A stretch of 64,000 nucleotides of DNA from Octopus bimaculoides (GCF_001194135.2 NC_068993.1:54352346-54416345), one strand, 5' to 3'. Shown: positions 48,058 to 60,720, numbered from the stretch's first letter. The notes: a model not told the origin generated them from the letters alone. A program made the numbers and translations.

Positions 48058-48364
48058 TTCTTTATATAATTTTTAAAAATAGCTTTTATTTGATTCCTTC
48101 TTAAATTGAAATGTCTTAGATTTACTTGTGTCATTTCCACCTCCATCTTATAAGATGTATGTACATATATNNNNNNNNNNNNNNNNNNNNNNNNNNNNNN
48201 NNNNNNNNNNNNNNNNNNNNNNNNNNNNNNNNNNNNNNNNNNNNNNNNNNNNNNNNNNNNNNNNNNNNNNNNNNNNNNNNNNNNNNNNNNNNNNNNNNNN
48301 NNNNNNNNNNNNATACTACACACACACATACATATATATACGTACATACATATATATATATACA

Positions 48365-48397
<33 letters not shown>

Positions 48398-48472
48398 CAC
48401 ATTTATACATACATATATTTATGAATACATATATATGCATATATTTGCATGCATTATATATGTATAGATTAC

Positions 48473-48504
<32 letters not shown>

Positions 48505-49396
48505 ATATATGTTCATATGTGTATATTTCTGTTATATGCATATGTATCTATGTTTCGTAACGTGTCTATGTTAATGTATATACAGGTATATGTGTATATC
48601 ACATGCTATGTACTAGTATGTGTATATATATGCATGTTTAGGTTACGCACTATAAAGTATATAGTGCTTAAATGTTACGTAATGTGTATATACACGTGCA
48701 TACGTAATGTGTCGTCATACATGTATATACATTCTATCTAAGGTATATTCATATATAACAGCTTTTGCAGTTTTATGCACTACCTAGTATGGGTGAGTAT
48801 GGGTAACCTCTCTCCAAATATGGTTGATTCGCAGAGATTCTTGGAAAGAAGGGCACCACTGGGGGGTAATTCCTGAAAATATTCTGTTTGTTTGGTACAA
48901 ATTTGTATGTATGCTTTTGCCCTGTGTAAAAATATATGTGTATGTGTACGTGTGTGTGTGTTTGCAAGGGGGGGATAGAAGAGATAGAGGAGATTGACCG
49001 CACGCACATGCTTGTGATTAAGGGTGTGGTTCACAAATATCAGAAACATTCCACTGTGGAAAGTCTAATAAAACCACTATTTTCCATTCAACCTGTTTTT
49101 TTAAAATAAATATTTATGTATTCTTTTTTGATTTTTACTTTTCTCTTTTTAAATTTTTTTTTTTTTGTTAATGACTTTTCTTTTTTAAAAACACATTCTT
49201 CGTACCGAAACCAGAAGGCGAGATTAATCCTGAAGTAAGAAGAGAAGAAAGCTGGGTCAGTCAGGTATCAGATGTATCGTCCATCGGGAATGTCTGGGCA
49301 GACGATTTGATTTCACCACTTTGCTCGGAATAATTCACCAAGTCTTGTGGGAACCGAATTTGTAATATTTTGATTTTGGTTAAATTCGTTGTGGAA

Positions 49397-50914
49397 TCAC
49401 TTTAAGAATCTCCTAGCTCCACGACGCATATCAGCACAGTGTATCTCTCGCATGGCACTATAGGAATGGTTTGGATAATTATCATTCGAGAAATTCTTTT
49501 TCCTCTGGCAGTGTACGGTTCTGATGTGGCGTGTGGTTCGCCTGTAGTTCCTTTCAGTTTTTGGAGTCTTCGACTCCAGCGAATTCACGTGTATATAATT
49601 GCATTTTGCATTAGATTCTTTAGATTTTCTTTTGGTGACAATAACTGAGTCACTCCTAAATTTATAATTCCTTCCTTGATATTTCGTCTCTCTTGGATAA
49701 ACAGTTTGGCGAAAAGACCTACGTTTGGTTCGATTTGTAATTTGCTCAGGAAGTCTGGAGCGTTTTGATTGATCACTATTTATTTTCAGTTGCCAATTGA
49801 CATTCTTTCTGGAATCTCTTGGATCATTCTTGAAGCAGGACCAGACGTTATTACTATACCATTCTTCTTTTGAATTCCACGTCAAAAACGATGTAATTTC
49901 CTCAGCGTCTGTCCCAACACGCCATAACTCAATGAGGCGTCTACAAACTTCCCCGCTACTGTAAAATTTGAAAAGATTCTGCATGATTTCGTCAATTTGT
50001 TTATACTTGGAAATGTTTTTTTGAACTTTTTGCAGCAGAATCACTGTTTCCATTTTGAAACAGAGTGTCGTCAAACATTCTGCTAATTCTTCAATGGCTG
50101 ATTTACTCCCTTGAGACGTTTCAGTTGTAGAGATCATATACACTAGAGGTGGATTCACATTGCTCCAATTCATATTTAGTTCAGCTAAGTGAAAATTTTT
50201 TACTGCGTGCCAGAATGAATATTTCCTTTTCGTCAGGTTTGCCAAATGTTCAGTTTGAAGCATATCACTCAGAGACTGCACATGATAATGGATGTCATCC
50301 TCATTTGCTGAAGATATAGGAGAGGGATGCAATAAAAATGTCATTTCTGCTTCGTCAGTCTCTTCAGCCATTTCATCACTAGATATTTGTGAACCAGTCG
50401 ACGGCGAAACAGTAAATATCATACTTTGGTGGCTTTCGTTTTCATTATTAATATATTCCACATCGTTTTTAGTAGTTTCTCTTGTCTGATTAGCTTCGTT
50501 CAATGTGTCTTCTGCATCTTCTTGCGTTTCTTTTTCAAACTCTGGTAAAACCGGTAATGACAGTTCTTCGATGTTGTAATCATTATATTGGTTCGGCTCT
50601 TCAGAATAGTTCTCGTTATTCATATTCAAATCTTTATTCGAGGCGTGAATCGCTTTCGGCTCCATTATATCTCTTACTTCAGTCAGCTGATCTGCATCAA
50701 TAATTGTCTTCATTTCCATCAGTAGATTCTGCATCTTATCTCCGTCCAACTCGGCAATTTCTGTAAACATTGCATTGGAGAAAAGCTCCTCTCTCAGTTG
50801 TGCCATCATGACTTTGAGACCTTTATCGATTTGTTGGCTTGTATTCCGAAGCATTTTGTACATTTCACTCATATCTGACCGTGTTGGTCCAGATTTGAAG
50901 TGCAAGTGAGACAT
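49397..50914 (-). CDS. Intronless uncharacterised protein B (505 aa): acidic N-terminus, shared helical domain, basic C-terminus
   Basis: 1518-bp ORF; ATG in an A-rich context (AAAATAATG); paralogous to 42144-43277. Confidence 0.8.
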   Translation of the reverse strand: MSHLHFKSGPTRSDMSEMYKMLRNTSQQIDKGLKVMMAQLREELFSNAMFTEIAELDGDKMQNLLMEMKTIIDADQLTEVRDIMEPKAIHASNKDLNMNNENYSEEPNQYNDYNIEELSLPVLPEFEKETQEDAEDTLNEANQTRETTKNDVEYINNENESHQSMIFTVSPSTGSQISSDEMAEETDEAEMTFLLHPSPISSANEDDIHYHVQSLSDMLQTEHLANLTKRKYSFWHAVKNFHLAELNMNWSNVNPPLVYMISTTETSQGSKSAIEELAECLTTLCFKMETVILLQKVQKNISKYKQIDEIMQNLFKFYSSGEVCRRLIELWRVGTDAEEITSFLTWNSKEEWYSNNVWSCFKNDPRDSRKNVNWQLKINSDQSKRSRLPEQITNRTKRRSFRQTVYPRETKYQGRNYKFRSDSVIVTKRKSKESNAKCNYIHVNSLESKTPKTERNYRRTTRHIRTVHCQRKKNFSNDNYPNHSYSAMREIHCADMRRGARRFLK

Positions 50915-51054
50915 TATTTTATTGTTTCTACCCCGTCTTGTCGACTATCGATGATACTTGTACAAAATATAACCGTCAAAGAACATAATAAAACAAAACA
51001 AAACAAAAACTAATTCTGCGACAAACGCAGCTTCACGTTGAACATGGTGCTAAG

Positions 51055-51069
51055 CCACGTGTCACGTGG
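51055..51069. promoter_or_regulatory. Tandem E-boxes CCACGTGTCACGTGG about 140 bp upstream of ORF B
   Basis: Two CACGTG hexamers 1 bp apart in a CpG-rich upstream region. Confidence 0.45.
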
Positions 51070-52689
51070 TTTCACAAACAACAAGATTTTCCGAAGCAAC
51101 ACATTCTAACGGTTATTCCTCGTTGTTCCGTAACTGACGTTAAAGATTTCACGAACAGATTCGATTTCCTTCCCATAATTTTCTTAGTTATAAATCACAA
51201 ATATTTAGTTAACAAGTTAATAATATCGAGCAACAATATATATTGTATTGCTTCAATGAGCTTGTTGACTATTTCGTATTAGAGTATGAGACAATGAAAT
51301 AAATTACAATAGAGCCACTATCTACATTTTGTGGTATTAAACTTCATTTCCTTACATTTTGAGTTCAAAACACACAGTGATCGATCTCGCATTAAAAACA
51401 TTGTCGAGGGTTCGGTAAAATAAATTCCATTGAAGTCATTATTACTAAGTTATTATTGCGAACTTTGTTATAAAATTTATACTATAAAATATATTACGAT
51501 AGTGGAATGACAACGCAGATAGAATACTCTAATAGACGTCTTTCGGCGTATAGTTAGGTCACTTTACGTCCTGAGTTCAAATCTTGCTAGGGCCTCGTTA
51601 ATTCCAAATACTTCTCCGTTTAATAATAATAATAAAAAAAAGAAAGAAAAAGAAACCCAACAGATATGTACCAACGTTAAAAATTTATATTTTACTATTA
51701 AAACACATGTGTACACTTCCTCAGGGAATAAATTGTAAATTCTCACATGATAGGAACAAGCACTGGACAACTGGAACAATCAAGATTTGTCTCCTGTCAC
51801 CGGAACTGCATCGTAAAGGTTCACAACTGACAATTTATGATTGTTTTCTGACCCTTTTTAGCATCCTATTGTGGGTGATATTTAGCTTTTAACTCGATGT
51901 AAACTAGGGTTAAACCCTGGGTCCGTAAGATTTGTGAAGAAAAATGACCTTTTTTGATACAGATATCATTAAAAATTAATTGTATAGCAGAAGGCACGGG
52001 AAAGGAAGGGAAGTAACTCATAACGACAGCGGCATAATAGTTTTTAAAGATTTACGTCCCCTGTAATTTTTTTTTAAGCAAAAGCCAATAAATAAATAAT
52101 TTCAAAGATAACATTGCTGAAAATTGGGAAATGAAAGAGTAAAATCTAACAATAACAACAACATCAACATCTACTACTACTACTACTATGACGACGACAA
52201 CGACGTCGAAGTGATGCCAGGCGGAACGACCAACTTGCGAGCAATGAAACAAGTAAGTTAGTTTAACATAGAGGCAAAAGTGAATAGCGTGAAACTTATA
52301 CAAAAATTTGGGACTACCCCCAAAATACGTACCACATCACGCTCTATAGTGCATGCCGAAACTGCAAAACTGAATCACTTGAGGCCAGGCTTCCCGTGAA
52401 TGGATTCACCCGTCGAGAGAGAAAAAGGGACGCTTTAGCATGCTGTTCATTGAATTAGCGAATAAACTGGCCGAGGGTTCCACAGACACACGCATCTTTA
52501 ACGGGATACTCAAGCAGAATCAGTGTGACAAGGCTACACATTTGAATCACCTGTAGAGTCTACTTAACAGGTTTCTAAATACTGTCCATTGACATAAGCT
52601 TTGCACACGCACATAAATAATTGTGATGGTGATGAGGCAGCAACTCTTGATGGAATTGTAGGGATGCTGATTTCTTTCAGTGTGTCTGT

Positions 52690-52967
52690 GTGTGTAAGAG
52701 AGAGAGAGAGGAGACAGGAGAGTGTGTGTGTGTGTGTGAAGGACTGTGTGTGTGTGTGTGTGAGGAACTGTGTGTGTATGTGTGAGAGAGAGAGTGTGTG
52801 TGAGGGACTGTGTGTTATGTGAGCGAGAGTGTGTGTGAGGGCTGTGTGTGTATGTGAGAGAGAGAGAGTGTGTGTGTGTATGTGAGCGAGAGTGTATGTG
52901 AGGGACTGTGTGTGTGTATGTGAGAGAGAGAGTGTGTGTGTGAGGGACTGTGTGTGTGTGTGAGAGC

Positions 52968-53003
<36 letters not shown>

Positions 53004-53005
53004 GA
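52690..53005. repeat. Compound (GT)/(GA) minisatellite with GAGGGACT spacers
   Basis: Direct reading of the sequence. Confidence 0.85.
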
Positions 53006-53182
53006 TTGACCCAGATCCATAATTAGTTCTATAGTAATTGCACTGGAAAAGATGAAAAGCAACAAAGTTTGCCTTGGAAGGAACTGAACTAACAACCCAC
53101 CAGAATGAACATGACAAAGCATTCTATTTAATATTGTAATGATTTTGTAATAATTATATATATGTATGGTTGTATGTTATAT

Positions 53183-53580
53183 GAAGGCTGATGGCTCAGT
53201 GGTTAGAGTTTCGGGCTCACAATAAGAAGGTAGTAAGTTCAATTCTTAGACTAGGCTGTGTTGTGTTGTGCAAGACACTTTATTTCATGTTGCTCCAGTT
53301 CACTCAGTTGTAGAAATGAGTTGCAATGTCACTGGTGTCAGGCTGTATCAGCCTTTGCCATTCTCTTGGATGACATTCATGGCACGGAGAAGGTAGACAG
53401 GTCATGCATGGGTGACTGCTAGTCTTCCATAAACAATTTCGCCTGACTTGTGCCTCAGAAGGTAACTATGCCTTAGAGGGTAACTGATGCACAGTTATCC
53501 TCTGGTAACTGTGCCTCAGAGGGTAACTTTCTAGGTGTAATCCCATGGTCATTCATGACTGAAAGGGGTCTATGTGTATG
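53183..53580 (+). mobile_element. tRNA-derived SINE with a different 3' body
   Basis: Shared head; body contains three GTGCCT.AGAGGGTAAC-like repeats. Confidence 0.6.
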
Positions 53581-53746
53581 TTATATTCAGTAAGACTCAG
53601 CTCAAAGAAAAAGGATGGATAAGGAAGAACAACAAAACTAAAATTGTTAAGATTAAAATGTTTTATTGGAGTTACAGAGAAAAATGAGTGGATGTGGTTG
53701 AAATTGGATAATCATAGAATTTGACATGGTGGTTCTCCTGGTTGCT

Positions 53747-53777
<31 letters not shown>

Positions 53778-54629
53778 ATGTATGTGTATCTGTGTACATG
53801 TTTGTGCATGTGCAGGCACACGATAGATACATACCCAGTAACACATACATATATATGAACACATAAGTATATATATATATATATATATATGTAGATTGAG
53901 ATAGAAAGTAAGAAAAGAGTATATTTATGAGAGACAAAAAATGGGATATATANNNNNNNNNNNNNNNNNNNNNNNNNNNNNNNNNNNNNNNNNNNNNNNN
54001 NNNNNNNNNNNNNNNNNNNNNNNNNNNNNNNNNNNNNNNNNNNNNNNNNNNNNNNNNNNNNNNNNNNNNNNNNNNNNNNNNNNNNNNNNNNNNNNNNNNN
54101 NNNNNNNNNNNNNNNNNNNNNNNNNNNNNNNNNNNNNNNNNNNNNNNNNNNNNNNNNNNNNNNNNNNNNNNNNNNNNNNNNNNNNNNNNNNNNNNNNNNN
54201 NNNNNNNNNNNNNNNNNNNNNNNNNNNNNNNNNNNNNNNNNNNNNNNNNNNNNNNNNNNNNNNNNNNNNNNNNNNNNNNNNNNNNNNNNNNNNNNNNNNN
54301 NNNNNNNNNNNNNNNNNNNNNNNNNNNNNNNNNNNNNNNNNNNNNNNNNNNNNNNNNNNNNNNNNNNNNNNNNNNNNNNNNNNNNNNNNNNNNNNNNNNN
54401 NNNNNNNNNNNNNNNNNNNNNNNNNNNNNNNNNNNNNNNNNNNNNNNNNNNNNNNNNNNNNNNNNNNNNNNNNNNNNNNNNNNNNNNNNNNNNNNNNNNN
54501 NNNNNNNNNNNNNNNNNNNNNNNNNNNNNNNNNNNNNNNNNNNNNNNNNNNNNNNNNNNAAGAGAGCGAACAAAGAAAGAGAGAACGAGTGAAGTTGTGG
54601 TTAATTAAAGGAGAGGCAAAAACAATGCT

Positions 54630-54734
54630 TTATCTGGCGATGATCATGGTGCTGATGTTGATGATGATGATGGAGACGATATCGATGATGGCGATGCTAG
54701 TGATGATAACGATGATGATGATAAATATTGCGAC

Positions 54735-54769
<35 letters not shown>

Positions 54770-54772
54770 CAA
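54630..54772. repeat. (GAT)n microsatellite region
   Basis: Direct reading of the sequence. Confidence 0.9.
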
Positions 54773-55392
54773 CGGGATTGCTTTTTATATTTACTTTGCT
54801 TGCATTTTCATTTCACCATCTTTCTGCTCTCCCCTGCCTCAGCCCCTCCCCCCTCGTCTGAAAAGTTAGTGTTTTTTTTTTTTTAATTGGATAGGATTGC
54901 AACCAGGGATGACAGCAGTGAATATTAAAGGACTTTGGCTTAAACATACATATTTCATGTGAATAAATACATATCTCTTATGCTTACATATGTATATTTA
55001 TGTTTGCGTATATATGTGTGTGTGTGTTTGTATGCATATCAGAATATGAATACACACAATCTCACAAATATATACATACAAAGGAGAGGGTGAGAGACAA
55101 GGGGAGATAATTGTACTTTCCTTAATGTTTGCTGTTGTATGGGGTAGAAGAAGATTGAGCCGGGTAGTATGGATTGGCATTCATGTCCACACATACATGC
55201 AGACGTGCATATGCACATACACATGTGCATTACACACATATGCCACACAGGCATGCACCATACACAAATATATAGACGTGTTGACTGATAGACATAAAAA
55301 CATACAACCACATTCATATATACACTACATGTGTGTATCATGTATAGTGTAAGCATTCATGTTGCACACGCACAGACACATACATCAAGTGT

Positions 55393-55438
<46 letters not shown>

Positions 55439-56349
55439 ACTCTAGCATTATTGACATGCGTACATTTTAACATACATACACTAATACACCTACATGCATA
55501 CATACATATGTACATACGTACATACATACACATGTACATATGTACACAGAAAGCTTTATTGAAAATATGAGTGATGAAGAATTTTAGTTGAGTAAAGTGG
55601 AATAGCTGCCCTACCCCACAAACAGCATCTTCAGCATTACCAAGCACTGGATTTGATCCAGAGAACAAGATGGTAAAAGAAATGGAAAGAAAGGTAATAT
55701 ATTGCAATGTTTTTGTTAGATCAGAATATTTTTTTTTCATTTGTCATTCAATTTCTCTAGAGACCATCTTCAGATATACAGTGGATATAAGTGTGTTGAA
55801 GTGACCACCACGACTGCTTCTACTGCCCTAGCAGGCAGAATGTGTTCTAGATTTAAAGGGGTCAACATTTATTATGAGATGAGCACTTTCACAAGGGGGA
55901 TCAGAAGCCCAGTGGTCAGTGAAAGGCCATTAATTTGTGCATATCAGCCAATAAAGGTAAGTAGCTGGTCATCTTCAATTACACATCTTTCATATACTGA
56001 CCTTCTCCCACAACACCACGTGCGTATAAAATGAATGTACCTCTCATTCTATGTAATGGTCAGTTTATGCGGACCAGGCAATCTTTATCAAGGGTTATAA
56101 AATAATATAAATTATGCCACCATCAGACTAACAGTAAGCTCGGGCCATTGGTGGTTTATCCTCAGTGATATAGCGGTCACTTATGCTCACTAGACTGTCC
56201 ATTTCAACTCTGTCCACTGGTTGAGTAGCTGGTTTGTTGGGCCAGCAACCACAGATCATTATTACAATACAATACATATATAAGTGGTAACAGCTGTAAC
56301 GTGTGTATGAGGAGGTTCTGTGTTGTTATGTCATGATAATGTTTTCTTT

Positions 56350-57300
56350 ATTGTAGACAGCATGACAGGTCTTCATATAACACAAACCTCTTATTACATA
56401 GTGTCACAAAACTGTTATATTATACATTCAACTTGTTACACACAATGTCACAAAACTGCTATGTAACACACACCACTGGTTACATAACATCACCGTACAG
56501 TTATGTAACACAGACCACTCGTTACAAAGTGTCACCAAACTTATGTAATACAAACATTATTTGTTACACATGTTACAAAACTGCAATGTAACATTGAGCA
56601 CTTGTTACACATCCTATTACACAATTGTAGTGTAACACCAATAAATTTGTTATATAAACTGTCATGTATTGTCATCAAATACTTGTGTAACAGCAATAAA
56701 ATGTTTCATATCATAATGCTATGTAGTATGTGACCAACTGGCACAGGTAGTGTAACACCGATTGCATGTTTTATCGGTACAAACTCCAATGTAACAACAA
56801 CAATATGTTACTTCCTCACAAAAATCTAACATAACAGCAACTGTATTTTAAAACAGAAATATTACTACATATTGTAACATCAAAACTATGTTACACTATT
56901 TCTAAACTCTAGTGTAACACCAACATTATGTTACACTAGTTAATTAATGCTAGTGTAACACACAAAAATCTATGTTACACTATCACTAAATTCTTGTGCA
57001 ATCTTCATATCAGAGTAACACATTGTGTTAGTAACTGTTACTATGACCACAACACTATATTACATAACCTTTCAACTCTAGTGTCACATATTGTTACAGC
57101 TTTATGTCACATATTGTTACAGCTTTATGTCACATATTGTTACAGCTTTATGTCACATACTGTTACAGCTTTATATCACATATTGATACAAATTTCCAGC
57201 ATAACATAGACTGTATTTCATATATTAGGCTTGAAAAAAAAAAACCTACTGTAACATGACTTGTATGTTACATATCATGTCACACACCTTATGTGTAATA
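56350..57300. repeat. Degenerate TGTAACA/TGTTACA-rich array with a young 23-bp tandem at 57082-57190
   Basis: Many TGTAACA/TGTTACA motifs; TGTCACATATTGTTACAGCTTTA repeated about 4.5 times. Confidence 0.8.
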
Positions 57301-57429
57301 TCAAATGCATATTACAGAAGATGTGACTGCTGTTGCATCTCAGTGCTGATACTTCCCTCGCAAACAATGAAATATGTTGTCCCACCATAATCCTCTACAA
57401 CAAATAACAACAACAAAAAGAATAAAATC

Positions 57430-57473
57430 TATCCCACCCCCTGCCAGATTACATGTATATATGTGTGAATGTA

Positions 57474-57506
<33 letters not shown>

Positions 57507-57633
57507 TGTGTGTGTTTATGTATGTGCATATGTATATATACACACACATACACATACATGTTTATGTGTGTATATACATGTATATACATATGTATATGTG
57601 TACATATATATATATATATACGTACATATGTGA

Positions 57634-57669
<36 letters not shown>

Positions 57670-57692
57670 GTGCATAAAAATGTATTTATGTA

Positions 57693-57778
<86 letters not shown>

Positions 57779-58583
57779 TGTATATGTATGTACATATATA
57801 TATATATCGATGTGTATATTATATATGTGTATGCATAGATTTTATATACATATGCCTTACATATATATACAAATACATATGTACACACATATATGTATGT
57901 AAATATATATATATGTACAAAATATATGTATGTATATACGTATACACATAAACATGTATATATGTATCTGTTCTGTTGATATGGTTTGGTTATGAATATT
58001 GATGGAAAAAAATGAATAATACAATGTAATAAACTGTTACTATCAAAATAGAGAGTAAAGATAAATTTCACATCTATATATATATATATATATATATNNN
58101 NNNNNNNNNNNNNNNNNNNNNNNNNNNNNNNNNNNNNNNNNNNNNNNNNNNNNNNNNNNNNNNNNNNNNNNNNNNNNNNNNNNNNNNNNNNNNNNNNNNN
58201 NNNNNNNNNNNNNNNNNNNNNNNNNNNNNNNNNNNNNNNNNNNNNNNNNNNNNNNNNNNNNNNNNNNNNNNNNNNNNNNNNNNNNNNNNNNNNNNNNNNN
58301 NNNNNNNNNNNNNNNNNNNNNNNNNNNNNNNNNNNNNNNNNNNNNNNNNNNNNNNNNNNNNNNNNNNNNNNNNNNNNNNNNNNNNNNNNNNNNNNNNNNN
58401 NNNNNNNNNNNNNNNNNNNNNNNNNNNNNNNNNNNNNNNNNNNNNNNNNNNNNNNNNNNNNNNNNNNNNNNNNNNNNNNNNNNNNNNNNNNNNNNNNNNN
58501 NNNNNNNNNNNNNNNNNNNNNNNNNNNNNNNNNNNNNNNNNNNNNNNNNNNNNNNNNNNNNNNNNNNNNNNNNNNNNNNNNNN

Positions 58584-58618
<35 letters not shown>

Positions 58619-59042
58619 CATATATACATATACATACACACAGACACACACTCACACATCAGTGGCATTTCCTGGATAAAATCAAGGCACGCAATGACAT
58701 GCACAAGTTGTGATAGTGAATGCATAATAGAACGAAATCAATTTTTAAGTAAATCCTTCAGTTTTCACAAGTGATACCTGGAAAGTGGGTACATGCAGGC
58801 TATGTGTACACCCTATTTAAATTGTATGGTTTTTTTTTTTTTTTTTGATCTTTAAAATTGCATGCTCAGGTTTATGCACTAAGAAGCACCACTGATACAC
58901 ACATACATATATATGTATATATATGTGTGTATATATGAATATTGAATATGTACACATATACATATATGTGTGTGTGCGTGTGGATATATATATGTGTATA
59001 TATATATATATATGTGTATATATATAATATATATAATATATA

Positions 59043-59100
<58 letters not shown>

Positions 59101-59743
59101 NNNNNNNNNNNNNNNNNNNNNNNNNNNNNNNNNNNNNNNNNNNNNNNNNNNNNNNNNNNNNNNNNNNNNNNNNNNNNNNNNNNNNNNNNNNNNNNNNNNN
59201 NNNNNNNNNNNNNNNNNNNNNNNNNNNNNNNNNNNNNNNNNNNNNNNNNNNNNNNNNNNNNNNNNNNNNNNNNNNNNNNNNNNNNNNNNNNNNNNNNNNN
59301 NNNNNNNNNNNNNNNNNNNNNNNNNNNNNNNNNNAAAAAAAAAAAAAAAAAAAAGAATGGATTAAAAGACAACCAAAAAGAAAAAAAAAGGGTAAATAAA
59401 TAAATAAAAATAAGATGAATGAATAACAATTGGTTCCTCTCTCTTTTTGTTTGTAATAATTCTTGTTGTTGTTGGTTGTTTTCCGTGTTCTTATTGTTCT
59501 TCTAGTTTCATAATGCTTTGGACATATTGTATTATCTGGGTTGTGTTATCTTCTTTCCTTTCATTATGTCTTGTTCTTTTGTTTCCATTCCATCCATCCA
59601 TCCCCCAGAGTATATCATACAAATAAGAGTTTTGGCTTGTAATAATAATAATTATTAATTTAATTAATTAATATTTGCTTCAGACCAGAAAGGGGATTGA
59701 AATGTTAGCGTGACAATGATTTGGTAAGTATTCTTATATATGG

Positions 59744-59796
<53 letters not shown>

Positions 59797-59909
59797 TGTG
59801 ATTTAGAAATGATTTAGTGAAATATTTTATATATAGATGTATGTATATATACATACATACCATACATGAACACACACATAGACAGATAATACATATATGT
59901 ATATAAATA

Positions 59910-59955
<46 letters not shown>

Positions 59956-60546
59956 GTATATATATATGTATATATATGTATGTATGTATAGTATGTATAT
60001 GTGTATGAATATGTATATATAAAAATAATACAAATGTTTGAGGGACATTTCATTGGTTTTGGTGATAAATGTTTAATTTGTTAAACCAACTGGACTTCTT
60101 ACTTGTTAGATTAAAGTATATAGGCTGAATATTGCGCCCTTGAAAAGCCCAGGCTGAATATTGGACCAATAACACATTAATTTAAGAAGTAATCCGCCAT
60201 AGCATGTATCCTTAATGTAATTATTGAGTGAAATCAGCATGACAAGAAAGTGAAAAGTGTGGCTCTTTAAATTACAGCGACTATGGGCTTCCATAGTTTC
60301 TGTTTAGATAGTTTCACACACAAGCCTTGGGTTGAGGCAAGGCTCTGACAAGGGACACTCAAATCAGCTGCGAGAACCTCATGATTGCGAAGCAAGCTTC
60401 TTGATCACTTGGTTATATCTGCATCCATGACATGTATAATAACATACACACATGTATCTATCCTATATATGTGTGTGTATATATCTGTATTACATTATTA
60501 TATCTATTCTTATATATATATATATATGTATGTATATGTAATATAC

Positions 60547-60587
<41 letters not shown>

Positions 60588-60720
60588 TTATATATATAAT
60601 ATACATATATATATTATATATATATATGTATGTGTTTACACACATATATATATACACATGCACATATATATGTACACATATATACACATCACACATGTGC
60701 ATACACATATATAAATGTAA
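57430..60720. repeat. Extensive (AT)n/(ATAC)n/(GT)n microsatellite fields with N-gaps
   Basis: Direct reading; explains the IYIY/HTHT ORFs in the track. Confidence 0.9.

Larger units (their letters stand above)
47805..48126. repeat. Foldback (arms of about 150 bp) with a hammerhead-like motif in each arm
   Basis: AGTAAATCT...AGATTTACT termini; continuous inverted complementarity. Confidence 0.85.

Noticed and set aside
42144-50914. Interpreting ORFs A and B as transposon or viral genes
   Set aside because: No TIR, LTR, TSD or catalytic motifs around or within them; not excluded without a database search.
54560-54861. Poly-Met hydrophobic ORF
   Set aside because: Product of a (GAT)n microsatellite.
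57374-60714. Many ORFs rich in IY/YI/HT/CV
   Set aside because: Translations of (AT)n and (CA)n microsatellites or N-runs.
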